IMG/VR virus record: IMGVR_UViG_3300035665_002234
Reading direction: 5' to 3' (one strand)
Origin: an uncultured virus (IMG/VR IMGVR_UViG_3300035665_002234)
Taxonomy: Duplodnaviria > Heunggongvirae > Uroviricota > Caudoviricetes
DNA: 54,422 nt
Both the position numbers and the translations under genes were made by a program. This document shows, piece by piece, positions 31,302 to 40,997 of the stretch (positions within the stretch are counted from its first letter, which is position 1; the number at the start of each line of letters is the position of its first letter). The notes below the pieces were generated by a model. The model saw only the letters and a list, made by a program, of their open reading frames with translations, searched no databases and had not been told where the DNA came from.

Positions 31302-32789
31302 ATGTCAATTTTAAGGTCATATTTTAACAAGAACAACACAATCCAATTAAACAGTGTAGTTAATACGGGTAGAAACCCAATTACACAACTTTATTTTGGG
31401 GGTGACTTAGCCACTTTTGCACCAAGAGGGTTTACAAGATTTCTTTTTGATTTGGATTTAGCAGATTTAATAGAAGGTGTTGCCACAGGCACAATATCAA
31501 CAGGTTGTACAACAGGAATGACTCATGTGTTAAACATGACAAATACATCAGCGTTTGATATTGATTTACTAAATACAACAACAACTGATGGTTCTCGTAG
31601 AGCAACATCATTTGATTTAATATTATTCAGGATACCTGAATATTCAGGAACCACAGGTAATCCCCAAGATTGGGATGAAGGTGTTGGTTTTGATTATACA
31701 TACCAACCTGTAGTGGGTCAATTCTCAGATAACGTACCATTTAGTGAAAGACCATCCAACTGGTTCCAAACAACCACTATAAATAATTGGTCATATCCAG
31801 GATTATATAACAACACCAATACAATACCAACAACATCACTTTCAGGATTAAATTATTCTGCTTTAACAATCGTTGATACCCAACATTTTGAGTTTGGTAA
31901 TGAAGATATTAACTTTGATATGACAAGTGAAATCAATGGTATTTTAAACGGTAGTATTACAGGTGTTACAGGTTGGGGTGTTGCATATGTTCCCGAAGTA
32001 GAAAACATCTCAGGATTGACTGAAACTTATTCTGTGGGGTTCTTTACCCGTCACACCCAAACGTTCTACCAGCCCTTCTTACAAACCACATACGATGATA
32101 TTATTAAGGATGATAGAAACACTTTTGCACAGAACAGAACAAATCAGTTATATTTGTATGTTTATCAAAATGGTGACTTTGTAAATTTGGACGAAAACCC
32201 TGTTGTTGATATTTTAAATCCTGATGGTGAACCTATTTCAGGTTATACTGGATTAACCACTTGTTTACGTACAAAAGGTGTGTATGAAGTAGTAGTACCA
32301 CCATTGAATGGATATTATACACCATGTCAATTCACGGATAAATGGACTAATATTGTTATTGATGGTAATAATTTATCTGACATTGAAAATGATTTTGTTT
32401 TATTACCCACATCTTCAGCATATCAAATTGGTGTTCAATCTAAAGACCCAATCCTTTATGGTTTTGATTTTAGTGGTATTAAACAAAATGAAAAAATACT
32501 TAACACCGATATTCGTAAAGTGATGGTAACTATCAAACAAGCTTACACAAGTCAGGTTGTTTTAAATAGTATTGATACATTTTATAGAGTATATGTTAGA
32601 GAAGGTAATACCGAAGTACAAGTTCAAGATTGGACACCAATCAATAGAACACCCAATGAATACTACTTTATGTTTGATACAAGAGATAAAATACCAAATC
32701 AATATTATGTTGATATAAAAGTGAATACTAGCGGAGAACGAGATACTTATCAAAAAGAATTAATGTTCCAAATCGTAAACAAAAAATGA
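31302..32789 (+). CDS. Putative virion structural protein
   Basis: 495 aa, beta-rich, follows the spike gene, preceded by TATTTATA. Confidence 0.55.
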   Translation: MSILRSYFNKNNTIQLNSVVNTGRNPITQLYFGGDLATFAPRGFTRFLFDLDLADLIEGVATGTISTGCTTGMTHVLNMTNTSAFDIDLLNTTTTDGSRRATSFDLILFRIPEYSGTTGNPQDWDEGVGFDYTYQPVVGQFSDNVPFSERPSNWFQTTTINNWSYPGLYNNTNTIPTTSLSGLNYSALTIVDTQHFEFGNEDINFDMTSEINGILNGSITGVTGWGVAYVPEVENISGLTETYSVGFFTRHTQTFYQPFLQTTYDDIIKDDRNTFAQNRTNQLYLYVYQNGDFVNLDENPVVDILNPDGEPISGYTGLTTCLRTKGVYEVVVPPLNGYYTPCQFTDKWTNIVIDGNNLSDIENDFVLLPTSSAYQIGVQSKDPILYGFDFSGIKQNEKILNTDIRKVMVTIKQAYTSQVVLNSIDTFYRVYVREGNTEVQVQDWTPINRTPNEYYFMFDTRDKIPNQYYVDIKVNTSGERDTYQKELMFQIVNKK

Positions 32790-33256
32790 AAAAAATAGTT
32801 AGACTTAATGAATCTATGATTCAAAACCTTGTAAGAAAAGTATTACAAGAACAAAAAAATGAAAGATACATGTTCTTCTCTAATTTAGAACAAATGAAAA
32901 GACAATGTGAAATGTTGTTAGATTTAGATGAATCACAAATTGAAAGTATTCTTGACAATGGTCATGACTGGGCTCAAGACCACATTTCTGAAGCAAAAAA
33001 CAATATGGACCAAGTCTTTGATTTTTTAATGAATGAAATCAATGGGGGTGAAGACGAAACAATGGAGGTTGAGCCTAATATGATGGAAGGTAAGAAAAAA
33101 ACGGGAACAAAATTATGTGTTCGTGGTAAAGCTGCTGCTAAAGCAAAGTATGATGTTTACCCTTCGGCATATGCGAATGGTTATGCGGTTCAAGTGTGTA
33201 AAGGTAGGATGCCTGGTTTAGACGGAAAAAAACATTGTTCAGGTGCCTATTGTTAA
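32786..33256 (+). CDS. Hypothetical protein with a C-terminal Cys/basic YPSAYA module
   Basis: 156 aa; acidic N-half, then KLC..GKAAAK.KYDVYPSAYANGYAVQVCKG. Confidence 0.65.
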   Translation: MKKIVRLNESMIQNLVRKVLQEQKNERYMFFSNLEQMKRQCEMLLDLDESQIESILDNGHDWAQDHISEAKNNMDQVFDFLMNEINGGEDETMEVEPNMMEGKKKTGTKLCVRGKAAAKAKYDVYPSAYANGYAVQVCKGRMPGLDGKKHCSGAYC

Positions 33257-33279
33257 TTCAAAAAAAATTATTATCTTTG
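33250..33279 (+). promoter_or_regulatory. Bacteroidota-type sigma-A promoter
   Basis: TTG (33250-33252), 19-nt spacer, TATCTTTG (33272-33279), 13 nt before the ATG at 33293. Confidence 0.6.
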
Positions 33280-33292
33280 AATCCATATTAAA

Positions 33293-33700
33293 ATGAAAGA
33301 ATACAAACACATATTCAAAAGGTGGATTCAACGAATGTACATTGATTCTGCAAGAAAAATGGACTACGAACGTGGTCACAGGTCAAAATACGAGTTGGAT
33401 TGTTTATCAATTTGTAAAAAATTGATTGATAAACCAGATACTCAATTATTAATGACACCACTTTCAAATAAAAAATACATACACAATCCTGCAAATTCTA
33501 TTTTTATAACAATTGAAGGTAATACAGTTAATGTAATTAATCACAAATATTCATATACGGTTGTAATTCAAGACAAATCAAAAATTGAAATAACAAATCA
33601 CTTTAATGAAGTTTTAGAAAGTCAAAGATTAAAAATGGAAGAAGAAATTACTTCCAATATTAAACATTCTCTTAAGAATATATTACAAACATTAGTTTGA
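33293..33700 (+). CDS. Hypothetical protein
   Basis: 135 aa ORF with its own host-type promoter. Confidence 0.7.
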   Translation: MKEYKHIFKRWIQRMYIDSARKMDYERGHRSKYELDCLSICKKLIDKPDTQLLMTPLSNKKYIHNPANSIFITIEGNTVNVINHKYSYTVVIQDKSKIEITNHFNEVLESQRLKMEEEITSNIKHSLKNILQTLV

Positions 33701-34249
33701 TGGACAAACTTCCTTAGCAATTTTTTCTGTTTGTCCTTCATCAATTAGTCCTATTCTGTGTAGTACACAATAATATCTTGGATTTTCATTTAAATGTTGT
33801 TGTGCAATTTTACGAGCTTCTTTTAAATCTTTAGCATATTGCGATTCAACCATTTCTCCAAGGTCTATCATTTTGTTTTTTCTGACCTGTTCGTTGAGGA
33901 TGGACTTAATAAATTGTCTCATACCTTCATTAGTGTTTTTCTTTTTGGGTTTATAAGAGGTCATTACTGGTTTTTGACCTTTACCTGATTGAGTATCTTT
34001 TTTTTCGGCTTCTCTTTTTTGTCTACAAGCATTTTGTTTTGCGGAATCGCTCATTTTACCCGCAACACCTGCTGCTCTACACTTTGGATAAGCACCTTTA
34101 TCAGTGTCTGAACGACCACAAGGTGGATGTTTTCCATTTTTATCTTTACTACAAATATTAACCCATGGCCCTTTAGGCTGACTACTTCCTTTTGGCTTCT
34201 TTTTTTTGCCAAACCATACTGCCAAATCTTCATTTAATTGTTGTTCCAT
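33692..34249 (-). CDS. Hypothetical basic Cys-containing protein
   Basis: 185 aa; WF...WVNI...PCGR...YPKCR module and C-terminal IAQQHLNENPRYY module of the kind seen in phage hypothetical proteins. Confidence 0.65.
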   Translation of the reverse strand: MEQQLNEDLAVWFGKKKKPKGSSQPKGPWVNICSKDKNGKHPPCGRSDTDKGAYPKCRAAGVAGKMSDSAKQNACRQKREAEKKDTQSGKGQKPVMTSYKPKKKNTNEGMRQFIKSILNEQVRKNKMIDLGEMVESQYAKDLKEARKIAQQHLNENPRYYCVLHRIGLIDEGQTEKIAKEVCPSN

Positions 34250-34298
34250 GTTGTTTTTGTGAAAAAAATTACGATACTTAACATAAATATAAAACCAT

Positions 34299-34538
34299 AT
34301 GGAAAATACTAAAAATACTGAAGAAATATCAAAAAAAACGCAAGAAATTATTGGTTCTCTTTTTGATACAATACATTACACATCAAATGAACAATTAAAT
34401 TCATTTATTGATGGTATGAATGAAGAACAAGCAATATATTGTATAAGACAAGCATTAATTGCTTGCCACGTTAGAGGCTCATTTACAATGGAAGAAACTG
34501 AAGCAGTTTCAAAGTCTTTAAGAATTATTAACACCTAA
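34299..34538 (+). CDS. Hypothetical protein
   Basis: 79 aa ORF filling the gap between minus-strand genes. Confidence 0.6.
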   Translation: MENTKNTEEISKKTQEIIGSLFDTIHYTSNEQLNSFIDGMNEEQAIYCIRQALIACHVRGSFTMEETEAVSKSLRIINT

Positions 34539-34543
34539 ACTCC

Positions 34544-35401
34544 TTATGAGTCAGTAGGTGTAGGTGTTGGAGTCTCAGTTGGTGTTTCAGTATTAGTTGG
34601 AGTAACCGTAGGTGTAGTAGTTGGTGTTTCAGTATTAGTTGGAGTAACCGTAGGTGTTGATGTATTAGTAGGTGTCGGAGTCTCAGTTGGTGTTTCAGTA
34701 TTAGTTGGTGTTGGTGTATTAGTCGGAGTTTCTGTTACAGTAGGTGTTGGTGTGTTAGTTGGAGTTTCCGTATTAGTTGTTGTAGGTGTAGGAGTTTCCG
34801 TATTAGTAGGTGTTGGTGTTGGTGTATTTGTTGAAGTTACAGTATTAGTTGGAGTAACCGTAGGTGTTGATGTATTAGTTGGTGTTGGTGTATTAGTCGG
34901 AGTTTCTGTTACAGTAGGTGTTGGTGTATTAGTCGGAGTTTCTGTTACAGTAGGTGTTGGTGTGTTAGTTGGAGTTTCCGTATTAGTTGGTGTGTTAGTT
35001 GGAGTTTCCGTATTAGTTGTTGTAGGTGTAGGAGTTTCCGTATTAGTAGGTGTTGGTGTATTTGTTGAAGTTACAGTATTAGTTGGAGTAACCGTAGGTG
35101 TTGATGTGTTAGTTGGTGTTACACTTGGAGTTACTGATGGAGTTGAGGTATTACTTGGTGTTGGAGTTGGCGTAGTAGATGAAGAACTTGGAGTTTGAGT
35201 AACGGGTGGCCATTCAATTGTAGAATCTACTGTTAAATTTGAAAACGCAGTTTTATACGTACCATCAACATACCAAATGTTTACAGTTTCACCTATTTGA
35301 ATTTCATAATTATTAACAACAAAATTATCATTACATCTTGTATAAGAAATAACACTTATTCTACCTAAATTGTTGGTAATTATACTTTTTTTACAAGCCA
35401 T
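34544..35401 (-). CDS. Mucin-like Thr-Pro repeat protein, putative capsid decoration protein
   Basis: ~66 aa globular N-domain followed by ~220 aa of (T-x)n repeats up to the C-terminus; located just downstream of the capsid gene. Confidence 0.7.
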   Translation of the reverse strand: MACKKSIITNNLGRISVISYTRCNDNFVVNNYEIQIGETVNIWYVDGTYKTAFSNLTVDSTIEWPPVTQTPSSSSTTPTPTPSNTSTPSVTPSVTPTNTSTPTVTPTNTVTSTNTPTPTNTETPTPTTTNTETPTNTPTNTETPTNTPTPTVTETPTNTPTPTVTETPTNTPTPTNTSTPTVTPTNTVTSTNTPTPTPTNTETPTPTTTNTETPTNTPTPTVTETPTNTPTPTNTETPTETPTPTNTSTPTVTPTNTETPTTTPTVTPTNTETPTETPTPTPTDS

Positions 35402-35410
35402 GTCAAATTA

Positions 35411-35611
35411 TTATTGAGGCCAATCTACCGTATTTGTTAGTGTAACACCCGCAAATGCCGTTCTAAATGTACCGGTCACATACCAAATATTAACGGTTTC
35501 ACCTGGTTGAATTTCATAATTATTAACTACAAAATTATCATCACATCTTGTGTATGATATTACTATAATACTTGAAGCAGTATTTGTTATTGTTGATTTT
35601 TTACAAGCCAT
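35411..35611 (-). CDS. Small paralogue of the N-domain of the adjacent mucin-like protein
   Basis: MACKKS.ITN......[31 protein letters not shown] shared with 34544..35401. Confidence 0.8.
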   Translation of the reverse strand: MACKKSTITNTASSIIVISYTRCDDNFVVNNYEIQPGETVNIWYVTGTFRTAFAGVTLTNTVDWPQ

Positions 35612-35654
35612 AATTTAATTATTATTTTTATACATATAAATACCACGTAAAAAC

Positions 35655-35683
35655 AAAAAAGGGAACCGAAGCTCCCTTTTTTT
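35655..35683 (-). terminator. Rho-independent terminator of the major capsid gene
   Basis: Minus strand GGGAGC-TTCG-GTTCCC-TTTTTT; cUUCGg tetraloop. Confidence 0.85.
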
Positions 35684-35700
35684 ATAAGTTTTAAGATAAA

Positions 35701-37548
35701 TTATCTCAATTCTTGTAAGTTGAATGTTCTTACACCATCAACTGTTACTCTACCATAGAAACGGTTGTTAACCATTTTCTTAGCGTATCTTGTCATGATA
35801 CCCTTGATAGGTGTGAAGTTGAATGGGTTATACATAGTTGGAGTCAACTGTAAAGGAACATATGGAGCGTAGATGTAACCTGTATCCAACAAGCTAGTAC
35901 CTTTGTGTCCGATTAACACTTGGTTAGCTGGGAAGTAAGGGTCACGATACACTTGGTATCTTCCTGACAATGTACCGATTCTTTCAATACCCATGTTGTA
36001 TTGGTCTTGCTCAGGAGCTGCGTTTGATACGTGGAAGTACTCCAAGTCATCAAAGATAGCAGATACTTCAGAAGATACAACAATCCAGTTAGCACCACCT
36101 CTTAAAGTTGATTTGTGGATTTGAGCTGACAATTGGTTAATTGCAGTAATCAAAGTTTGGTTCCAATCTTTTTGAGTGTAAGGAGTAGTACCAGCAGAAG
36201 ATAGTCTCTTCCAACCGTTGTAATCCCATCTCAAGTTCCAAGCCGCACCTTTTCTCAAATCTCTCAAGATTTCTCTATCAATTTCTGCTGCAACTTGCTC
36301 AGATAACAATGCTGTCAATTCAGCTTCAGCATCAATGTTGTGGAACGCCGCAACGTCTTGAGCTAATTCAGGAGACCATTGTGCTCTCAATTTTCTTTCT
36401 GTAACAGAAACTGTTACTGACTCAAGGTCAAAAGAAACTTCACCAATTTGGTCTTCAAATTCCAACTCTTTGTAGTTTCTGTAAATTGCGTAGAACGCAT
36501 TGTTAACAACAGTTGAAGATGAGAATGTTGAACCTGTGTAACCGTCCATAGATGAATCACCACAAGTGATACAAACAGGAGCTTGTAAATCCATTTCTAA
36601 GAAAATAAATCCATCAGCGTCACAAATATTGTAATAAGAACCACCTGAGTTATTAGCAGTTGGCCAAGTAGTGTTTACTTGATTACCGTATTGAACAATA
36701 CCTTTACCATATCTTTGAGTTACAACTCTGAATAAGTAAGGGTTAGTTGTGTTTGCTGAAGTATAAACGTTACCAGCTACACCTAAGATGTTCAAACCTG
36801 ATAAGAATTCTTCAGTATCCATAGTATTACCATTAGGACCAATCAATTGACCAGCACCAGCGTTAGAGAAACCACTCATAACAATAATTACTTTTCTGTA
36901 ATTATCTGTAGTGTAAGCGCTAGGAACTAATACACCAGCATTAGACCAAGCGTAAGTTACAGTTGATGCAGTTACTGCTGTCCACTGACCTTTTGAATAG
37001 TCAAACAAACCAGGAGGGTTCAAACCAGCTTCGTTACCTTCGTAGAATAAGTCATACAAATCCTTATTGTAAATAGGATTGTAAAGACCATTACTATCTG
37101 CAGCACTATAACCAGCATCTGGGTTACCAGGATAGTTTCCAGGAGAACCAATAGGAGCGTAGTGTGAACCTGATTGTCCAAACAAACCATCCGCTGAAGT
37201 TCCACCAGAATAACCTTGAATTTTAGGTACGAAGTAGAACAATTTACCGATTGGTAAGTTCATTGCTTGTACAGACACGATGTCGTTAGCTAATAATTTA
37301 GAGAATACTCTTCTCACGATTGGGAAAACAACCGTTTCAAAAGAACCTGAATCAGAAGTTGAAGAAGCTTCGTTAATTAAGTGTGAAGCTTGGTTTTCAT
37401 ACAACTGAGCCACGTTTTCTTTCATGTGACCTTTTAGACCTTCTAAAAAGCCAAGTTTATCCCATTTGTTGATTGTGTCTTCTTTGATAACTTTAAGGTG
37501 TTTCAAACCAATGTTACCAACAAGACCGCTTTCTAATAATGCACCCAT
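35701..37548 (-). CDS. Major capsid protein (T4 gp23-like)
   Basis: FPIVRRVF...DIVSVQAMNLPIG.LFY, RKLRAQWSPELAQD..AFH.IDAEAELT.LLSEQVAAEIDREI, YAPYVPL, FTPIKGIMTRY. Confidence 0.95.
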   Translation of the reverse strand: MGALLESGLVGNIGLKHLKVIKEDTINKWDKLGFLEGLKGHMKENVAQLYENQASHLINEASSTSDSGSFETVVFPIVRRVFSKLLANDIVSVQAMNLPIGKLFYFVPKIQGYSGGTSADGLFGQSGSHYAPIGSPGNYPGNPDAGYSAADSNGLYNPIYNKDLYDLFYEGNEAGLNPPGLFDYSKGQWTAVTASTVTYAWSNAGVLVPSAYTTDNYRKVIIVMSGFSNAGAGQLIGPNGNTMDTEEFLSGLNILGVAGNVYTSANTTNPYLFRVVTQRYGKGIVQYGNQVNTTWPTANNSGGSYYNICDADGFIFLEMDLQAPVCITCGDSSMDGYTGSTFSSSTVVNNAFYAIYRNYKELEFEDQIGEVSFDLESVTVSVTERKLRAQWSPELAQDVAAFHNIDAEAELTALLSEQVAAEIDREILRDLRKGAAWNLRWDYNGWKRLSSAGTTPYTQKDWNQTLITAINQLSAQIHKSTLRGGANWIVVSSEVSAIFDDLEYFHVSNAAPEQDQYNMGIERIGTLSGRYQVYRDPYFPANQVLIGHKGTSLLDTGYIYAPYVPLQLTPTMYNPFNFTPIKGIMTRYAKKMVNNRFYGRVTVDGVRTFNLQELR

Positions 37549-37584
37549 TTTAGTATTTTTTTTGTTTTTAAGTTTTATTTATTT

Positions 37585-39174
37585 TTATTTTTGTATTTTT
37601 TGCATAATATCCTTCATTCTTAAAAATTGTGGATTTTCATACGTTTTTGACTCAATTAAGTTTTGTGAAGAACCTGATGCTGGAGATTTTCCAATTTTTT
37701 CAATAGATTCTGTTACAACACTTTGAGTACTGTTTGTTGTGTTTAATTCTCCTTTAATTGATGAGTATAAAGTTTTTGATTCTTTTAATGATTCAACATC
37801 ATCAAATCTTCTTAAGATATTAATTTTCTCTTGTTTTGTTGTTGTATGTTCAGTGAACAATCTTGTAGCATAAGCCAAGTTAGAATTAAACACAGCAACT
37901 TCATTTAATTTTTCTCTGAAAATATTAAGTGCTTTTCTGTATTCTTCATTCTTCTCTCTCAATCTTTCAACTTCTTCAGCAAGAGCTTGATTTGGAATTA
38001 CTTTCATTTTAGGTAAACCTTTTCTTTCAGCGTAATTTCTAGTTCCATTACCTAATGTTCTAGCAGCTTCTTTAGTTTCCTCTTTTTCGTAATCTTTGTA
38101 ATGACCACCTTTTTCACCAGCTTTCTTTTCAACACCATCAACATCCTTACGTCTGTATTCGTGTTTTTTAGAACCGTATTTTTCTTCCATTTCAGCCTCA
38201 GTGTATTCAAATTTCTTAGGTTTCAAATTCATACCAACTCCTTTAGCCTTACCTTTTGGTTCAATAGCCGCTTCTTTGGTTTCCATTTTTCTACCTTCTT
38301 TATATTCAAATTTAGCACTTCCGGTTTTAACACCTTTACCTACTACAGGTTTACTCATCATTGACCCTTCTTTAGTTTCCATTTTTTTAGCTTTGTTAGT
38401 TAAAGAGGATTTAGTTAATTTACCCATAACTGGTTTAATTGTCATTTTACTTTCAGACATACTTTCATCTGAATCATCAGAATCATCCATATCTTCGTCT
38501 TCATCCATTTCAATTTCATATACTACCTCATCATCCATATCTTCTTCATCCATATCTTCTTCATACATAGATTCTTCGTCCATGTTCATCTCTTCACCAA
38601 AAATATCAGCCATCATAGAATCTAAATCCTCATCTGATAATTCTTCTTCTTCATCCATTTCTTCCATAGTTTCTTCTTCCATGTCACTTTCAGTTTGAAT
38701 AATATATTCAACATCTTCGTCTTCATCATTTAAAGTAATGTTGTTACCATCTTGTTTAACAATGATACCATCTTCATCACTCATAGATTTGAAAACCTTT
38801 AAGATTTCATCATCGGATGCGTTTGTAAGGTCAATTGGTAGTGTATCATCAGAATCCATATCAAAGTCCATTTCAAGTTCATCATCCGATTCATCATCGT
38901 CAGAATCCATATCAATGTCCATTTCAACATCATCCATTTCTTCATCATCAGAATCCATATCAATATCCATGTCTAACTCATCTTCCGATTGTTCATCCAT
39001 TTCAACATCCATTGATTCATCTTCAGCCTCATTTTTCAAAGACTCTTTTACTAGTTCTGAGATTTCTTCCTTCATTGTAGAAGCAAGTATTCCTTTTGCA
39101 TTTTCGGCAACTACTTGTTCCAAATTTTTCATTTGTAGTAGTGCTTCCTCAACTAACGACTTTTTTTCTGTCAT
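37585..39174 (-). CDS. Putative prohead core/scaffolding protein
   Basis: Highly acidic low-complexity middle and coiled-coil C-terminus; lies between the protease and capsid genes. Confidence 0.65.
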   Translation of the reverse strand: MTEKKSLVEEALLQMKNLEQVVAENAKGILASTMKEEISELVKESLKNEAEDESMDVEMDEQSEDELDMDIDMDSDDEEMDDVEMDIDMDSDDDESDDELEMDFDMDSDDTLPIDLTNASDDEILKVFKSMSDEDGIIVKQDGNNITLNDEDEDVEYIIQTESDMEEETMEEMDEEEELSDEDLDSMMADIFGEEMNMDEESMYEEDMDEEDMDDEVVYEIEMDEDEDMDDSDDSDESMSESKMTIKPVMGKLTKSSLTNKAKKMETKEGSMMSKPVVGKGVKTGSAKFEYKEGRKMETKEAAIEPKGKAKGVGMNLKPKKFEYTEAEMEEKYGSKKHEYRRKDVDGVEKKAGEKGGHYKDYEKEETKEAARTLGNGTRNYAERKGLPKMKVIPNQALAEEVERLREKNEEYRKALNIFREKLNEVAVFNSNLAYATRLFTEHTTTKQEKINILRRFDDVESLKESKTLYSSIKGELNTTNSTQSVVTESIEKIGKSPASGSSQNLIESKTYENPQFLRMKDIMQKIQK

Positions 39175-39256
39175 ATTATTATAGAATAATTTAACATATA
39201 AATATATCCATATGTTAAAAAATTCTGTTTGGGCTTGTCAAAAACCCTAAATAAAT

Positions 39257-39285
39257 AAAAAACCCCTCGGTTAGGAGGGGTTTTT
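39257..39285 (-). terminator. Rho-independent terminator
   Basis: AAAAAA-CCCCTC-GGTTAG-GAGGGG-TTTTT hairpin directly after the stop at 39287. Confidence 0.8.
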
Positions 39286-39286
39286 A

Positions 39287-39499
39287 TTAATCTTCAATAA
39301 CTTCGTCTATTTTACTCTCGGAGACTGCTGTGATTCTCCAATCATGTTGAAACCCTGTATATCGGGATGTCACCTTGGCTTCAACATCAGTTACAGAGTA
39401 ACCTTTAACCAATTTTTCCTCTCGGATTTTTTTTAATTTTCCTGTATTTTCATCAGGTAAATCGTACTGTACTTTTGCTACAAAATATTTTTCGTCCAT
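39287..39499 (-). CDS. Small protein, DUF4494-like
   Basis: YFVAKVQY...GKLKKIREEKLV.GYSVTDVEAKV resembles the Bacteroidota DUF4494 pattern (K.rY...G..KKv.E.yLV.a.sfteaEa). Confidence 0.5.
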   Translation of the reverse strand: MDEKYFVAKVQYDLPDENTGKLKKIREEKLVKGYSVTDVEAKVTSRYTGFQHDWRITAVSESKIDEVIED

Positions 39500-39509
39500 G
39501 TTTTTTAAA

Positions 39510-40241
39510 TTATCTGTCCAAATAATGGTTTAATTTTTTTAATAAGTCAATAGAGCGGTTCATTTTTGTTCCACTTTCCTGTTCGATTGGAGACATTCTT
39601 GAAACTTTTTCTTCTTCTAAATTTTCTTCAAATTTGTTTCTGTCATCAGGGTTTGTAAACAAATATGCTCCTGGTGTAGATGGTGAAGATACCAAATCAA
39701 AACAGATTAATTCAAAATCATCTTGTACTTCATTCTGTTCACCACTCTTTTTTAAAGAACCAACCCCACGTGAAGATATACCCAAAGTAACACCTTGTCT
39801 TAACAAGTTTGCTGCTTGGTCACCCTTTGTAGATACAATCCCTCTCTCATGAAATCCTGGTGATGTTAGAAGACGTAACTTACCCATAAGGATATGTCCG
39901 TCCCACCATATATCATTGATGATGTGAGACACACGGTCAAGGTCAATTAATGATGATTCAGGGTGATTTAATTCTGAAAGAGATGTTCCTTTTTGAATCA
40001 TCTTTTTATAATTCTCAGATTCACGTTTTAAGATTCTTTCAGGATACACTCTACCATTACGGTTTGGTGTGTTGTATTTTTGAAGTACGGCATAGAATTC
40101 AAAAGGTTTTGAATAATCCAAGAAGTTCTTGTGATTTTCTTCAAGCATCTTTTTATTAAATTCATGAGATGGTGACACATATCCTGCGTCCATTTCAATC
40201 AATATTCCTTTACCTGTCTCGGTAGGTCCTAATATTTTCAT
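39510..40241 (-). CDS. Prohead protease (T4 gp21-like)
   Basis: NRNGRVYP, ELNHP, RVSH, LGISSRGVGS, FDLVSSPSTPGA. Confidence 0.92.
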   Translation of the reverse strand: MKILGPTETGKGILIEMDAGYVSPSHEFNKKMLEENHKNFLDYSKPFEFYAVLQKYNTPNRNGRVYPERILKRESENYKKMIQKGTSLSELNHPESSLIDLDRVSHIINDIWWDGHILMGKLRLLTSPGFHERGIVSTKGDQAANLLRQGVTLGISSRGVGSLKKSGEQNEVQDDFELICFDLVSSPSTPGAYLFTNPDDRNKFEENLEEEKVSRMSPIEQESGTKMNRSIDLLKKLNHYLDR

Positions 40242-40263
40242 ACGTATGTTTTAGTAATAAATA

Positions 40264-40710
40264 CTAGGATGCTTCTTCTTTGCTCTTTTTAGATAGTGTA
40301 AAATCAAAATACTCGTTCTTTTTGAAGTTTTCAATATAAATTTCTTTGGCAATTCTTTTTAATTTATCTTTAAGAATTGTATCTTTGAAATCCACTTCCT
40401 GTGATAAAAATAAAGTAATTTCCAAATTCATAAAACTTTTTTTACCATAAACAATTCCGCTAGTTCTCAAATCCAAATCAACAATATAGTTGTCTTTAAA
40501 AAATGTGGGGTCTAATATTTCAAATATTGTGTGTTTTATTTGTCTACTAAAATTTGATACTATTCTCTCCCAATTGTCATAACTTTGTTTTGGTGAAACC
40601 CAACTTTGTAAATTAAGATAAACTGATTTAAAATTTTTGGAATCAACTGTTCCATAACTCACTTTTGAATTGTTGAATCCTACAATTCGTGATGTTTTTC
40701 CTTTTTTCAT
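40264..40710 (-). CDS. Hypothetical protein
   Basis: 148 aa ORF within the head module. Confidence 0.7.
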   Translation of the reverse strand: MKKGKTSRIVGFNNSKVSYGTVDSKNFKSVYLNLQSWVSPKQSYDNWERIVSNFSRQIKHTIFEILDPTFFKDNYIVDLDLRTSGIVYGKKSFMNLEITLFLSQEVDFKDTILKDKLKRIAKEIYIENFKKNEYFDFTLSKKSKEEAS

Positions 40711-40808
40711 TAATAATCATGTGTATAAATTGTTTATTGTTTGAAAAAAAATAATCTAATTTTATTCTATTGTCAAATTTTGACCAACTTTGTATTATTT
40801 ACTATAAT

Positions 40809-40997
40809 ATGTTAAAAGTAAAAATAGACGAAAAAACTCCATTGGAAAAAGCCTTGAAACAATTAAAAGGAAAGGTAATTAAAACCAAGCAAAATGAAAA
40901 GTTGAGAGAAAGACTTCAGTATGAAAAACCATCTGTTGCACGTAGAGCTCAAAAATTAAAAGCTAAGTACGTTGAATCTCAAAAACCTAAGGATTAA
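40809..40997 (+). CDS. rpsU: Phage-encoded 30S ribosomal protein bS21
   Basis: From ATG 40809: MLKVKIDEKTPLEKALKQLKGKV...KLRERLQYEKPSVARR...KAKY; bS21 signature (e.ALk, R..yeKPS..Rr). The ORF-track TTG start at 40770 is probably too far upstream. Confidence 0.85.
   Translation: MLKVKIDEKTPLEKALKQLKGKVIKTKQNEKLRERLQYEKPSVARRAQKLKAKYVESQKPKD

Noticed and set aside
35399..35413. In-frame junction between the 66-aa gene and the mucin-like paralogue (possible read-through fusion)
   Set aside because: The genes are in frame but separated by two consecutive TAA codons, and the second has its own ATG; read-through is unlikely.
38101..39184. Ser-rich plus-strand ORFs opposite the scaffold (and similar ones at 48886..49127)
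   Set aside because: Antisense shadows of D/E/M-rich coding sequence.
40770..40808. Sigma-70-like TTGACC-N17-TATAAT and TTGTCA-N17-TATTAT upstream of bS21
   Set aside because: The better match would start transcription inside the ORF, such matches are frequent in AT-rich DNA, and the other evidence favours a Bacteroidota host whose sigma-A uses a different consensus; not called as a feature.
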